DNA of 64,000 nucleotides from Galbitalea sp. (lineage in GTDB: Bacteria; Actinomycetota; Actinomycetes; Actinomycetales; Microbacteriaceae), in NCBI GenBank assembly GCA_036271795.1, contig DATAZY010000096.1, positions 46,610 through 110,609 of the forward strand, written 5' to 3'. Shown here in pieces: positions 56,301-64,000 of the stretch. Numbering within the stretch: position 1 is the first letter of the stretch; each line of letters opens with the position of its first letter. The notes beneath the pieces were generated by a model, which saw only the letters and a list, made by a program, of their open reading frames with translations, had not been told where the DNA came from and searched no databases. The translations under genes were made by a program, and so were the position numbers.

Positions 56301-56425
56301 TCAGACCACCGGATTTCGTTGGCTTGAGGCGTCGCCTCTTTAGCCATGCTCCCTGGGGGGCGGTTGCCCACAGGAAGATCTGGATCTGTTTGGTGCGATT
56401 CGACGACTGACATCTCTGCTTTCAT
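53312..56425 (-). CDS. lacZ: beta-galactosidase (GH2)
   Basis: WSLGNESG (acid/base) and MCEYQHAMGNSNG (nucleophile) match the LacZ catalytic blocks. About 1030 aa. Confidence 0.9.
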   Translation of the reverse strand: MKAEMSVVESHQTDPDLPVGNRPPGSMAKEATPQANEIRWSDPTVTSIGREPSHSISHNERLSLDGAWDFELLGSPNQQPNGPFRSITVPGAWTMQETGDLPIYLDARMPFPEAPPHVPTANPTGFYRRTIEIPNEWMGRRIILHVGAAESVLIARVNGEEIGLSKDSHLAAEFDITPVAVPGVNLIELTVIKWSDSSFIEDQDQWWHGGLTRSVYLFTTPTVYLQDVKILADYDPDTGTGLLGISTTVGSLSGVISDGLTVRALLDGREVIASTDVPTHGRKSHVMDSTSDDGTSEMRSIWNLIGLAGVGVELSDFDRRLADEMRDAAFPGAVGVSAASVEVDSVEPWSAELPHLHELTVELVGDNGWTIDSAQWRIGFRRVQIVGPDLLVNGKRIWIHGVNRHDFDPHTGRTLTEAQLREQLALLKRFNINAIRTSHYPNDPAFLDLADEFGFYVVDEADIESHGWYGSVCDDPRYRDAFVDRVGRMIQRDRNHPSVFMWSLGNESGSGTNHDAAAGWARAADPSRPIHYEGAIARDWYGGQSQTDVSCPMYPSIEALAAYGAAGQTIRPLIMCEYQHAMGNSNGSLDDYWAVIRSTPGLQGGFIWELWDHGLDPDHDGHYRYGGDFGETDHDGNFCIDGLLFPDGIPHPAMYELRRIFSPVDLAGSAEEVSRGILKVRNTQSFADFTNLSLELILVSVHDTVSVGMVEASAAAGETVELRLAPKVVTALADPRILGLRVRVTTTAPTPWAIAGTELAQLQTNLRENVEVLPSRTTGAVAVDATGIAAHPLFSKGPTLSFWRAPTDNDRSRFASAGFRLAGLENPIRELVTIIPQDDSSTIAVESIYRSTGGHVIRHTQAIHAAADGALTFDETVVVPSELNDIARVGIVFDIAPGFEDVAWVGDGPHECYSDRRSSAMLGRWASTVSQLQVPYIRPQENGARTSITRLELQSPQETILITAPQPLQASVTHHRDEALADTAHWWELGAGESTVVHLDIAHRGLGTASVGPDVEPRFRVRAGTYRWSWSINVGAR

Positions 56426-56483
56426 TGGCTCAATTCGCTGGCGCTGGTCTGATCGCGTTCGCGGTTTGTGGACTCGACGTGAC

Positions 56484-57926
56484 TTAGGGCTCGGTTGCGT
56501 ACTCGAAATCTTTGACTTTGACCTGACCTTTGACAGCCTCGAGCCCGATCATGCGCCCGGTAAATCCACCCGCCACTTCGGTAGAGAGGTATCGGCCATC
56601 GGCGGCCCCGAGCACGACACGCTCGGCCCCAATGCCAACCGAGAATTGGATGACGTCCGTCGCATGCGGGAAGTCAGGGGTTGGGGCCATGCTTCGAACC
56701 TCTAGCACCAGCTCGACCGCATCGACGGTCGAGGACTCAAGATCGACAGAGTGCCCACCAATGCACAACTGCGCCCAAGCCCGCGAATCCGCAAGGTTTA
56801 AGGCATACCAGTGCTGATCGTCGATGCATACTACGAGCCGACATTCCGCCTCCGAAGCGACCACCCTGGCGCGTGCCGCCCAGTGGGTGTCCCGCGCCCG
56901 AGTGAGCAGCAACGGACTGTCACCGACATGTTCATCGGCGCCGAGCAAAAGCTCACCGGGAGCCTCGCGATCGTTTGCTGATCCGTGACCCAGAACCGTG
57001 ACCCATCGGGGCGCCAACTCTGGGCGCTCAAAGGTGTCGACGAACGAGTGGTCCGACTCGCCGACGTCATAGAAGTCCTCGACAAAACGCGGCCAGCCAT
57101 CGATCCATCTAATTCCGGCAAGAAATGTCTCGCGGCCATTGAGGTGGTAGTAGGGCGTCTGTCCTGCCAGTCGAACACCGAGATATACAGCCGCCCAGTC
57201 CCCATCAGGTAGGCGGATCAGGTCGGCGTGACCGACGTTTTGCACGGTCAGGTCAAGGCTGCGGTGGCTGAAGATCGGGTTGTTCGGCGCCGGCTCAAAT
57301 GGCCCTCCGATGTCATACGAGCGCGCGATCGACACACCGTGGCCGCGTTCTGTCCCGCCTTCAGCGATCATGAGGTACCACCAGTCCCCCACTTGGTAGA
57401 GGTGCGGGCCTTCTGGGTACGCAAGGCCCGTGCCGGACCAGATATGGCGGGGCGCCTCGAGAAGAGCGCCCGTCTGGTCATCGATCCGCACCTGCCAGAT
57501 CCCGGATGCGCCGAGGTCGGTATTCCATTGCGCCCAGCTCACGTAACACTTCTCACCATCCCAGGCGATGTCGGGATCGATGCCAGTGACAGGTACGTAG
57601 ATTGGATCGGACCAGGGGCCAGAGGCGTCCTCTGCCGTGATCAACATCTGCCCGTCCGACTTCGCGTTCATGTCAGTAGTTATCAGCCAGAATCGTTCGG
57701 CGTGGTGCCGAAGTGTTGGAGCGTAGATCCCCGTCGACGGCTTTGTTTCGTGGTCCGACTGCGTGCGTCGTGCGTTACCTACGAGCTCCCAGTGGATGAG
57801 ATCTGTGCTCTTGTGGATCGGAATCTGTGGGTTGTACTCGAACGAGGAATTCGCGATGTAGTACACGCCTTCCCACTCGCAAATGGAGGGATCGGGGTGG
57901 AAGCCCGAGATGATCGGCACGCTCAT
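56484..57926 (-). CDS. glycoside hydrolase family 43 with C-terminal beta-sandwich domain
   Basis: SGFHPDPSI and the YY.....F pattern are typical of GH43 beta-xylosidase/arabinofuranosidase. ATG at 57926 (57956 also possible). Confidence 0.85.
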   Translation of the reverse strand: MSVPIISGFHPDPSICEWEGVYYIANSSFEYNPQIPIHKSTDLIHWELVGNARRTQSDHETKPSTGIYAPTLRHHAERFWLITTDMNAKSDGQMLITAEDASGPWSDPIYVPVTGIDPDIAWDGEKCYVSWAQWNTDLGASGIWQVRIDDQTGALLEAPRHIWSGTGLAYPEGPHLYQVGDWWYLMIAEGGTERGHGVSIARSYDIGGPFEPAPNNPIFSHRSLDLTVQNVGHADLIRLPDGDWAAVYLGVRLAGQTPYYHLNGRETFLAGIRWIDGWPRFVEDFYDVGESDHSFVDTFERPELAPRWVTVLGHGSANDREAPGELLLGADEHVGDSPLLLTRARDTHWAARARVVASEAECRLVVCIDDQHWYALNLADSRAWAQLCIGGHSVDLESSTVDAVELVLEVRSMAPTPDFPHATDVIQFSVGIGAERVVLGAADGRYLSTEVAGGFTGRMIGLEAVKGQVKVKDFEYATEP

Positions 57927-58016
57927 GTCGATTCCTTGCTTTGGTCTGCGGATCATTCGGCGACGCCGGCCCAGGATGTTTTGGGTCGGCGCCGCCGAGT
58001 GACTATTGCTTGTCGG

Positions 58017-59309
58017 CTAGTTGCCGAACTGGGCTTCTGCCTTTGCGAGTGCTGCCTTGTATGCATCAGCTGAGCTCAACTTGCTGGTTTCAGCGTTGAC
58101 GATCTCGTTCTGATAGACCGTGTCGATGCCGTTGGTGTTGACGCCCTTCGGAAGGCTCGGGGCTTTCTCGGCGAAAGTGCCCAGCAGCGAACCGACCTTT
58201 TGACCGCCGAAGTACGGCTGACCCTTCGTCAACGCGGCCGACGAGTACGACGCGATGGTCGACGGGAACAGTCCGTTGTGGGTGAATCCACTCGACATGT
58301 TGGCGGCGTTGGTGAGCCAGATCGCGATCAACGTGGCCAGCTTCGGATTCGCCGACGTCTTGGGGACAACAAGCTCCGACCCGTCCTCGGCGCCGTAGCC
58401 GCCAGGAGTTGCGGTAGCAACTCTCCACTGGCCCGACTGCTTGGGTGCTGTCGTGCTGAGCAGACCTGCTCCGACCCACGGCGGGTTGATGAACGCGATC
58501 GTGTCGCCTTGCGAGACGGATGACGCCCAGTCCGTCGTGTACGGCTGGACGTCTGCGCAAAGGCCCGCGTTCTCGAAGTCCATCGATTTCGTGAACGCAT
58601 CCTTCACGACCGAGCTCACCGGGTTATAGATCAGGCTCCCGCCGGACTGCTTGTAGAACAGGGCTGACTTCGACCAGGTCAGGTACTTGAAGAGGTACGA
58701 AGGGTCGTCACAGGCGAACTTTCCGGCGGCCTTGACCTGCTCCGCGAGCTTCTCGTAGCCCGACCATGTGGAGACGAGCTTGCCGACGGCACTCGGGTCG
58801 GTCGGGAGTCCGGCAGCCTTGAAGGCCGTGGCGTTGTAGTAGAACGCTTCGGGCCCGATATCGATCGGCACGCCGATTTGCTCGCCGGATGGGGTCTGGC
58901 CGAGCTTCACTTTCCAGGAGACGTACGTCTTGGCGACCGCGGGCGTAAACCCGTTTTCGCCGAGGTTGACGAATTTACTCGCCACTTGTGCGTAGACAAC
59001 GGGGTCGCCGGTTGTGATGTCCGGCAATCCGGTGCCCGCGCGCAGGGCCGCAGTCACTTTCGCATCGACGTTTGCGGACTGCAGGAGGTGGAACGTGACG
59101 TTCGGAAACGCCTTCTTCACTCCATTGACTGAACTGGTGGGGATTGATCCGGGACGATACCAAATGGTGATGTCACCCTTGGTTTTTGTGGAGACACTCC
59201 CAGCGGTCGAGCTGGAGGTGCCACCTGACGCACTGCAGGCGGTTAGGGCGAGTGCTGCCAGTCCGATCGTCATCACTGACGCTAGGACGCGGCGTTTGAC
59301 TGTGAACAC
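58017..59309 (-). CDS. ABC sugar substrate-binding lipoprotein (CUT1)
   Basis: AAGGGAAGG precedes the GTG at 59309. Lipobox LTACSA. Confidence 0.85.
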   Translation of the reverse strand: MFTVKRRVLASVMTIGLAALALTACSASGGTSSSTAGSVSTKTKGDITIWYRPGSIPTSSVNGVKKAFPNVTFHLLQSANVDAKVTAALRAGTGLPDITTGDPVVYAQVASKFVNLGENGFTPAVAKTYVSWKVKLGQTPSGEQIGVPIDIGPEAFYYNATAFKAAGLPTDPSAVGKLVSTWSGYEKLAEQVKAAGKFACDDPSYLFKYLTWSKSALFYKQSGGSLIYNPVSSVVKDAFTKSMDFENAGLCADVQPYTTDWASSVSQGDTIAFINPPWVGAGLLSTTAPKQSGQWRVATATPGGYGAEDGSELVVPKTSANPKLATLIAIWLTNAANMSSGFTHNGLFPSTIASYSSAALTKGQPYFGGQKVGSLLGTFAEKAPSLPKGVNTNGIDTVYQNEIVNAETSKLSSADAYKAALAKAEAQFGN

Positions 59310-59349
59310 TGTGATTTGCCTTCCCTTGCTTTGTTTGTTGAAGGGGCGC

Positions 59350-60201
59350 TCAGCCTTTGAGCGCCCCGGCACTGACGTTCTCGAGGATCGTCCTGCGGAG
59401 AATGAAGAAAACGATGATCAGCGGAAGGGTCGCGACGAGTGTCCCGGCCATCACGGCGGAGTAGTCCGTCGACTCAGAGAGATTGCTAAGCAGTTGCTGC
59501 AGAGCCACCGGAAGTGTGAACTCACTCGGCGAACCAAGAACGAGAAGGGGCCATAGGTAGTCGTTCCAGGCCCACATGACTTGGAAGATGCCGAACGCCA
59601 CCAGCGAGGGTCTCATTGCGGGAAGCCCGATACTCCAGAATGTGCGCATGAAACCTGCGCCATCCATTCGGGCAGCGTCGATAAGTTCCGTGGACACCGA
59701 TGCCTCTGCCGCTTGCCGCATCCAGAAGACGCCGAATGCAGTAACGGCACCAGGAACGATGAGCGGCAGGAAGGTGTTGATCCACCCAAGATCCGCGTAG
59801 ATCTGGTAGCTCGGCACGATCGAGACTCCCGTGGGGATGATCAGTGTGGCGAGAAGAACCGCAAAGAGCTTGTTCCGGCCAGGAAACCGCTTCTTGGCGA
59901 AGACGAAACCTGCGAGTGAGGTGAAGAAGAGCTGAATCACGGTAATCGTCGTCGTTAACCACAGAGAGTTGACGAACGCGGTAGCGAATGCGGATTCGTT
60001 CAGCACCTTGGCAAAGTTCGCGAAGAATTCGAGGCCCGGTATCAGACGCGGTGGCGATGTAAAGATGTCTGCGGTCGCGGTTGTGGCCATCACGATGAGC
60101 CAATAGAAGGGGAACGCGAAGATGAGCACGCCGAGCATCAAAATTATGTGACTGCCTATTCGCCCAGGAGTGGCACGGCGAATCGATTGGGAAACGCTCA
60201 T
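59350..60201 (-). CDS. ABC sugar permease (MalG-like)
   Basis: DAARMDGAGFMRTFWSIGLP EAA loop. ATG at 60201. Confidence 0.85.
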   Translation of the reverse strand: MSVSQSIRRATPGRIGSHIILMLGVLIFAFPFYWLIVMATTATADIFTSPPRLIPGLEFFANFAKVLNESAFATAFVNSLWLTTTITVIQLFFTSLAGFVFAKKRFPGRNKLFAVLLATLIIPTGVSIVPSYQIYADLGWINTFLPLIVPGAVTAFGVFWMRQAAEASVSTELIDAARMDGAGFMRTFWSIGLPAMRPSLVAFGIFQVMWAWNDYLWPLLVLGSPSEFTLPVALQQLLSNLSESTDYSAVMAGTLVATLPLIIVFFILRRTILENVSAGALKG

Positions 60202-60203
60202 GG

Positions 60204-61253
60204 TCAGTTCTCTCTCCAGGAATTGCGAAGCAGCCGGTTGTTCGCCACCGCGATCACGACCAGGAGGATAAAGATCACCCAACCGATCACCGAGGCGAAT
60301 CCAAGGTCTGGCTGCACGCTGATATCGGCCGACCCCACGCCGCCGAGATATTGGTACTGCAGCAGCATCATGGTCATACCGGCGTTGTTTGGACCACCTG
60401 CGCTGGTGGAGCCGCTAAATAGAACCTGAGGTTCGGTGAATATCTGAAGACCCGCGATGGTGCCAGTGAGGGCGACGAACACAATTGTTGGTATGAGCAA
60501 CGGGATGGTAATTGCCGTAAATATCCGGCGGGGACCAGCGCCGTCCACACGAGCGGCCTCAAACAGCGATTGGTCGATCGACGACATCCCCGCCATGAAA
60601 ATAATCAGGAAGTATCCGAAGCCGCGCCAGATTATCATCAGCGCAATTACGGCTTTGATCTCCCACGAGTTGCTTAGCCAGCCCTGCTGGGGCAGTCCAA
60701 TGGCCTTGAGGACATCGTTCATGAGCCCGTACTTGTCGCTGAAGATCGATTGAAACACAATAGCGACCGCGACGAGCGAAGTGACTTGGGGAAGGAAGAA
60801 CGCCGTTTGATAGAACGAACGAAATCTCAGCCTGGGCTGTGACAGTAAGGACGCCCCGACAAGCGCCCCCAGGATTACCGGAATCTGGCCGAAGGCGAAG
60901 ATCAGAACGGTATTGCCCAAGGCCTGCCAGACATCGGGTGTGGTGAACAGTCGTACCCACTGGGCACCGCCGACAAATATGGGATTTGAGAGGCCATCCC
61001 ATTTCAGCAGGCTGAGGTAGATGGCGTAGATCAGCGGGATGATTCCGAACAATGCAAAGAGCACAAAGAAGGGGGAAATCGAAACGTACTCGCGCCAATA
61101 GGACCAAAGCCGACGCTTGCCGCGCGTCGTTCCGTGCGCAGTCTGTCGTTTGGCGGATCGCGTCGCGGACGCCGATGAGGCCTGCGCAGTCACTTCGAGT
61201 TCCTCATTGAAATCGATCCTTCTCGGGGAGTGTTCATTTTCGTGAACGTTCAC
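60204..61253 (-). CDS. ABC sugar permease (MalF-like)
   Basis: EAARVDGAGPRRIFTAITIP EAA loop. The annotated GTG start lies inside an operator palindrome, so the start is uncertain. Confidence 0.8.
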   Translation of the reverse strand: MNVHENEHSPRRIDFNEELEVTAQASSASATRSAKRQTAHGTTRGKRRLWSYWREYVSISPFFVLFALFGIIPLIYAIYLSLLKWDGLSNPIFVGGAQWVRLFTTPDVWQALGNTVLIFAFGQIPVILGALVGASLLSQPRLRFRSFYQTAFFLPQVTSLVAVAIVFQSIFSDKYGLMNDVLKAIGLPQQGWLSNSWEIKAVIALMIIWRGFGYFLIIFMAGMSSIDQSLFEAARVDGAGPRRIFTAITIPLLIPTIVFVALTGTIAGLQIFTEPQVLFSGSTSAGGPNNAGMTMMLLQYQYLGGVGSADISVQPDLGFASVIGWVIFILLVVIAVANNRLLRNSWREN

Positions 61254-61254
61254 G
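61241..61254. promoter_or_regulatory. LacI-type operator CGTGAACGTTCACG
   Basis: Perfect 14-bp palindrome at the 5-prime end of the ABC operon. Confidence 0.6.
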
Positions 61255-61264
61255 ATGTGAGACC

Positions 61265-61276
61265 GTGAACGTTCAC
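61265..61276. promoter_or_regulatory. LacI-type operator GTGAACGTTCAC (second copy)
   Basis: Perfect 12-bp palindrome, 10 nt from the first. Confidence 0.6.
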
Positions 61277-61331
61277 CAAATCAACTGAGATCACACTAGA
61301 CGCGCCCGGCCGCCGTTGTCAATCGGCGAAA

Positions 61332-62345
61332 CTAGGCGGAGCCGCGCAAGACGAGCGAGTGGGTTACCGTGCGACGGAGGTCATGGCTACTAGTTGAGTG
61401 CGTACTCTCCAGCATGGTGACGACCATGTCCACTGCGCTGGCCGCGACCTCGGATATGTCCAGACTCAAAGTCGTCAGCTCCGGCGTAACTAGCGTTCCG
61501 ATCGCGAGTCCATCGATGCCGACAATTCCGCAATCACGCGGTACGACAATCCCGGCGAGTTGGAATTGCTTCAGTACCCCGATTGCGACTGCATCGTTGT
61601 AGCAAATTACCGCGTCGGGCAGATTCTCACGCTTGAGTAGCTGATCGGCCACCGTCACACCAATCTGCATGTGAGCCAGGCCGTCGACATCCGCAGAGAA
61701 TATTTCGGGGTCAAGCCCGGTCGCGATTGATTGACGAACGTAACTTTCAGCGCGCGACGACGGTTGCCCCTCCTCCGGCTCGTCGACCATTACAACGTGG
61801 TGCCTGCCAGTGGACCGTAGGTGCTCGAGAATGCGGACCATGCCTGGGTCGAAGTCGATGTCGACCGACGCGTGCCCGCCTGGCCGAAATTCATCGTTCA
61901 GCGTCACGAGTGGCATGTCCCCGAAAATGTCGTCGACCGTGTCCGGGTCGGTCTCGAAATAACCGATTGCGGCGTCAACCTGCAATGACAACTCTCGAAG
62001 TCTTGCAATGCTGGCCTTGTTGTTGGGTGCGTTTTCCATCAACAGAAGCGCCCAGCCGTGGTCCGTCGCGAGCTTTGCAATGCTCGAGGCGAGATCCGCA
62101 AAATACGGGTTGGTGAGGTCCGTGATCACGAGGCCGAGGGAGAGCGTGTTGTGCTTGACCAGTCCCCTGCCAAAGCGGCTCGGCCGATACCCCAACGTAC
62201 GCGCAGCATCGAGCACGCGCGACTTTGTGTCGGCACTGATTCCAGGCATGTCATTCATAGCGCGCGTCACAGTCTGGCGAGAAACACCCGCCATCTTGGC
62301 CACATCAACTATGCCGGCACGCTTCAACGCGAGCTCTGGAATCAT
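61332..62345 (-). CDS. LacI family transcriptional regulator
   Basis: IVDVAKMAGVSRQTVTRAMN HTH plus a sugar-binding fold. Confidence 0.85.
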   Translation of the reverse strand: MIPELALKRAGIVDVAKMAGVSRQTVTRAMNDMPGISADTKSRVLDAARTLGYRPSRFGRGLVKHNTLSLGLVITDLTNPYFADLASSIAKLATDHGWALLLMENAPNNKASIARLRELSLQVDAAIGYFETDPDTVDDIFGDMPLVTLNDEFRPGGHASVDIDFDPGMVRILEHLRSTGRHHVVMVDEPEEGQPSSRAESYVRQSIATGLDPEIFSADVDGLAHMQIGVTVADQLLKRENLPDAVICYNDAVAIGVLKQFQLAGIVVPRDCGIVGIDGLAIGTLVTPELTTLSLDISEVAASAVDMVVTMLESTHSTSSHDLRRTVTHSLVLRGSA

Positions 62346-62666
62346 TGGTCGATACTATGCGCTGTTCGGCCTTTTCGGCCGAGGGCATTTGTAGCCCGGG
62401 TCGCCCGGATTCCGCCAAACGTCACGACTGACAACTAGCTGATGACTTCGCGAGGTTGGTCCATCTCGAGGTGCCGCGAGCGCAACTGTTCGCTGCCTGG
62501 GCGAAACAACGCCCGAGCGACGCCTCGGCGATGAGGGAAGGCGACTGACACTCGCGGCTCGCCATTCGGGTGAAGAAATGCCAGCCCCGTGCAGCAGTCA
62601 AATTGTGGGGACGACACGACCCTGGCGCAACGGGGGCCGATCAGAACCTGCTGCTGATCAACGTTT

Positions 62667-62885
62667 CTACTGCGCGCCCCAAGGTATTTGAAACCACCGT
62701 CCCGCCACGGCATGTAGAGCAGGTGTCGGCCTAACACGGCGGGGCCTAGTTTTGCGATCGTCCATGACGCTGCACCTTCTCGCTGAGGCGGCTTGGATGA
62801 ATTCGCGCATTGTCATTCCAAGCTCATCCGCGGTCGTTTGTGCGCGCTCGACTGCAAGGGGATCTTGTGTCGAGTTCAGTTGCAC
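62667..62885 (-). CDS. possible RHH-like small protein, likely damaged
   Basis: AVERAQTTADELGMTMREFIQAASARR resembles the helix-loop-helix part of CopG-type antitoxins. I see no clear beta-strand. The tail reads into the next ORF frame region. Confidence 0.3.
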   Translation of the reverse strand: MQLNSTQDPLAVERAQTTADELGMTMREFIQAASARRCSVMDDRKTRPRRVRPTPALHAVAGRWFQIPWGAQ

Positions 62886-62991
62886 GCCGGGCGGCTGCCG
62901 CCGTTTCGCGCGGACGCTACGCCCGCCTTAGACGAAGTTTTGTGAATCGCGATCCGGTCCCACAGGGCCTTCACGCTCCTCGGCCGTCGGA

Positions 62992-63618
62992 CTAACTGGC
63001 AGCGCTGGTCGTGACTTCGCGGGCTCGGTCGAGAGCGGCGGTGACATCGCCGCTGAACAGCAGGCCAGCTGGTGAGGGTTGGGTCGGACGGGTGGCGAGC
63101 CAGATTGCGATCGCGTTGTAGTCGGGGATAGCGACCCTGACCGCGGCGATGAGATCGAACAAGCCCGGGAGCACGGTCATGTCTGCGCCGAATTGGAACG
63201 ATGGGTAGAGGTAGCGTCCGCGAGCCGTCGTTATCGCGAACAGTTCGCCGGTAGTGACGCGGCGGCGGACTGTTCGCTCAGACATGCCCCAGTACCGTGC
63301 GAGAGCCGCGGCGTCGTAGGCGGGCCCGATTTCCGGGATACTCCAATCGGCGGGGTACGCGTCGAGCATCTTTCCCGCGAGTTGATAGGTCCGTTCCGCG
63401 GTAAAGGTGGGCATGCCGTCGGGAAATCGCACCTGGAGTTGCACAGCAAGTTCGACGAGAAGGCTGATCTCGGCGGCGGTCATCGGCCTGGAGATACCCT
63501 CCCGGTCGGACGGGATCATCTCAGCCTTGGTCGGCTGTTCGGCCGCGAGGTCGACGGTGGGTGGGGCGGAGTCGGCGACTTTGGCATCCATCAGGAGGTC
63601 CCGCAGCGAGACCCTCAA
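62992..63618 (-). CDS. excisionase/MerR-like HTH protein with extra N- and C-terminal domains
   Basis: YWGMSERTVRRRVTTGELFAITTARGRYLYP is an excisionase-type HTH pattern. The C-terminal IWLATRP...PAGLLFSGDVTAALDRA weakly resembles Xre/ParS-type antitoxin tails. 4-nt overlap with the upstream gene. Confidence 0.55.
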   Translation of the reverse strand: MRVSLRDLLMDAKVADSAPPTVDLAAEQPTKAEMIPSDREGISRPMTAAEISLLVELAVQLQVRFPDGMPTFTAERTYQLAGKMLDAYPADWSIPEIGPAYDAAALARYWGMSERTVRRRVTTGELFAITTARGRYLYPSFQFGADMTVLPGLFDLIAAVRVAIPDYNAIAIWLATRPTQPSPAGLLFSGDVTAALDRAREVTTSAAS

Positions 63619-64000
63619 CTGTCCTGCCCGTCAGCGTCAAGGAACGTGACGTTCCGGTCGGCGACCCGGAAGATCGCGCCGACTTTCCGGAATGCGTAGT
63701 CGCAGTCGAGGACGATGACTCGGGTCGGGAACTGACCTTCACCGTCTGAGTACTCGACGATCTCGTCGACTGCGAAGTGGTAATGGCCGGAGAACTGGAT
63801 CGCCGGTTTGACCTGCATGAATCCTTGGTGGAACTTCCGTCGACCCATCTCCGCATAGAACACCCCGAACTGCGAGAACCTCTTCCGGTTGCCGAAGATC
63901 AGGTCGTCGAGCGCGGGGACAAACTTGGGGGCGTCGTGCGCCAGAAGAACGTCGACCCGGTCGCTACCCAGGGCCACGAGGTCGTCGTCGGTGATGCCCT
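63615..64000 (-). CDS. metallophosphoesterase, 5-prime end beyond the window
   Basis: DVLLAHDAP and SGHYH motifs belong to the calcineurin-like phosphoesterase fold. The frame stays open to position 64000. Confidence 0.6.
   Translation of the reverse strand, partial: GITDDDLVALGSDRVDVLLAHDAPKFVPALDDLIFGNRKRFSQFGVFYAEMGRRKFHQGFMQVKPAIQFSGHYHFAVDEIVEYSDGEGQFPTRVIVLDCDYAFRKVGAIFRVADRNVTFLDADGQDS

Noticed and set aside
62435-62737. RelE/ParE-type toxin
   Set aside because: I could not find the conserved toxin motifs. Only position next to an RHH-like ORF supports the idea.

Overview
High-GC actinobacterial DNA; gene content suggests Microbacteriaceae, but that is inference only. I see four blocks. 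(1) 1-15.75 kb is mobile-element-like. It holds unknown proteins, then a four-gene cassette of glycan-recognition proteins: a tail-fibre-like protein, a beta-helix depolymerase-like protein, a Tat-like microprotein and a prepilin-CBM fusion. Next come an operon of a 437-aa unknown, an RHH protein and a DUF3846-like protein, an MT-A70 methyltransferase, and a compact transfer/integration module (coupling-protein ATPase, replication-relaxation protein, large serine recombinase). The recombinase ORF ends inside a tRNA-Met(CAT) 3-prime fragment. (2) 15.7-33.0 kb is a catabolic island bounded by tRNA-Met fragments and integrase-core (rve) remnants. It encodes a CUT2-type ABC importer, a DUF4038/GH140-like hydrolase, an L-rhamnonate-dehydratase-like enolase, RhaM, SDRs, FAH and DHDPS-family enzymes, plus a HisD-like/HADH/SDR/MBL module with LacI and GntR regulators. 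A 14-bp palindrome (TGTATACGTATACA-like) precedes all three transcription units. (3) 33.0-36.0 kb is a junction graveyard of tRNA-derived pieces and repeated junction sequences, surrounding a GT39/ArnT-like glycosyltransferase. (4) 36-62.4 kb is ordinary saccharolytic chromosome. It has a secreted clan-A glycosidase with three tandem CBM-like repeats and two LacI-controlled ABC sugar loci with clear palindromic operators. It also has GH31, GH43, GH2/lacZ, tdh-kbl, a peptidase S51, an MFS/MmyB pair and some gene remnants. The right edge (62.4-64 kb) has an RHH-like remnant and an HTH protein coupled to a truncated metallophosphoesterase. I found no rRNA, no intact tRNA and no CRISPR array. The best candidates for something undescribed are the 1988-5820 cassette and the 5973-8583 operon. 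Both rest on domain-level recognition, not on any search.
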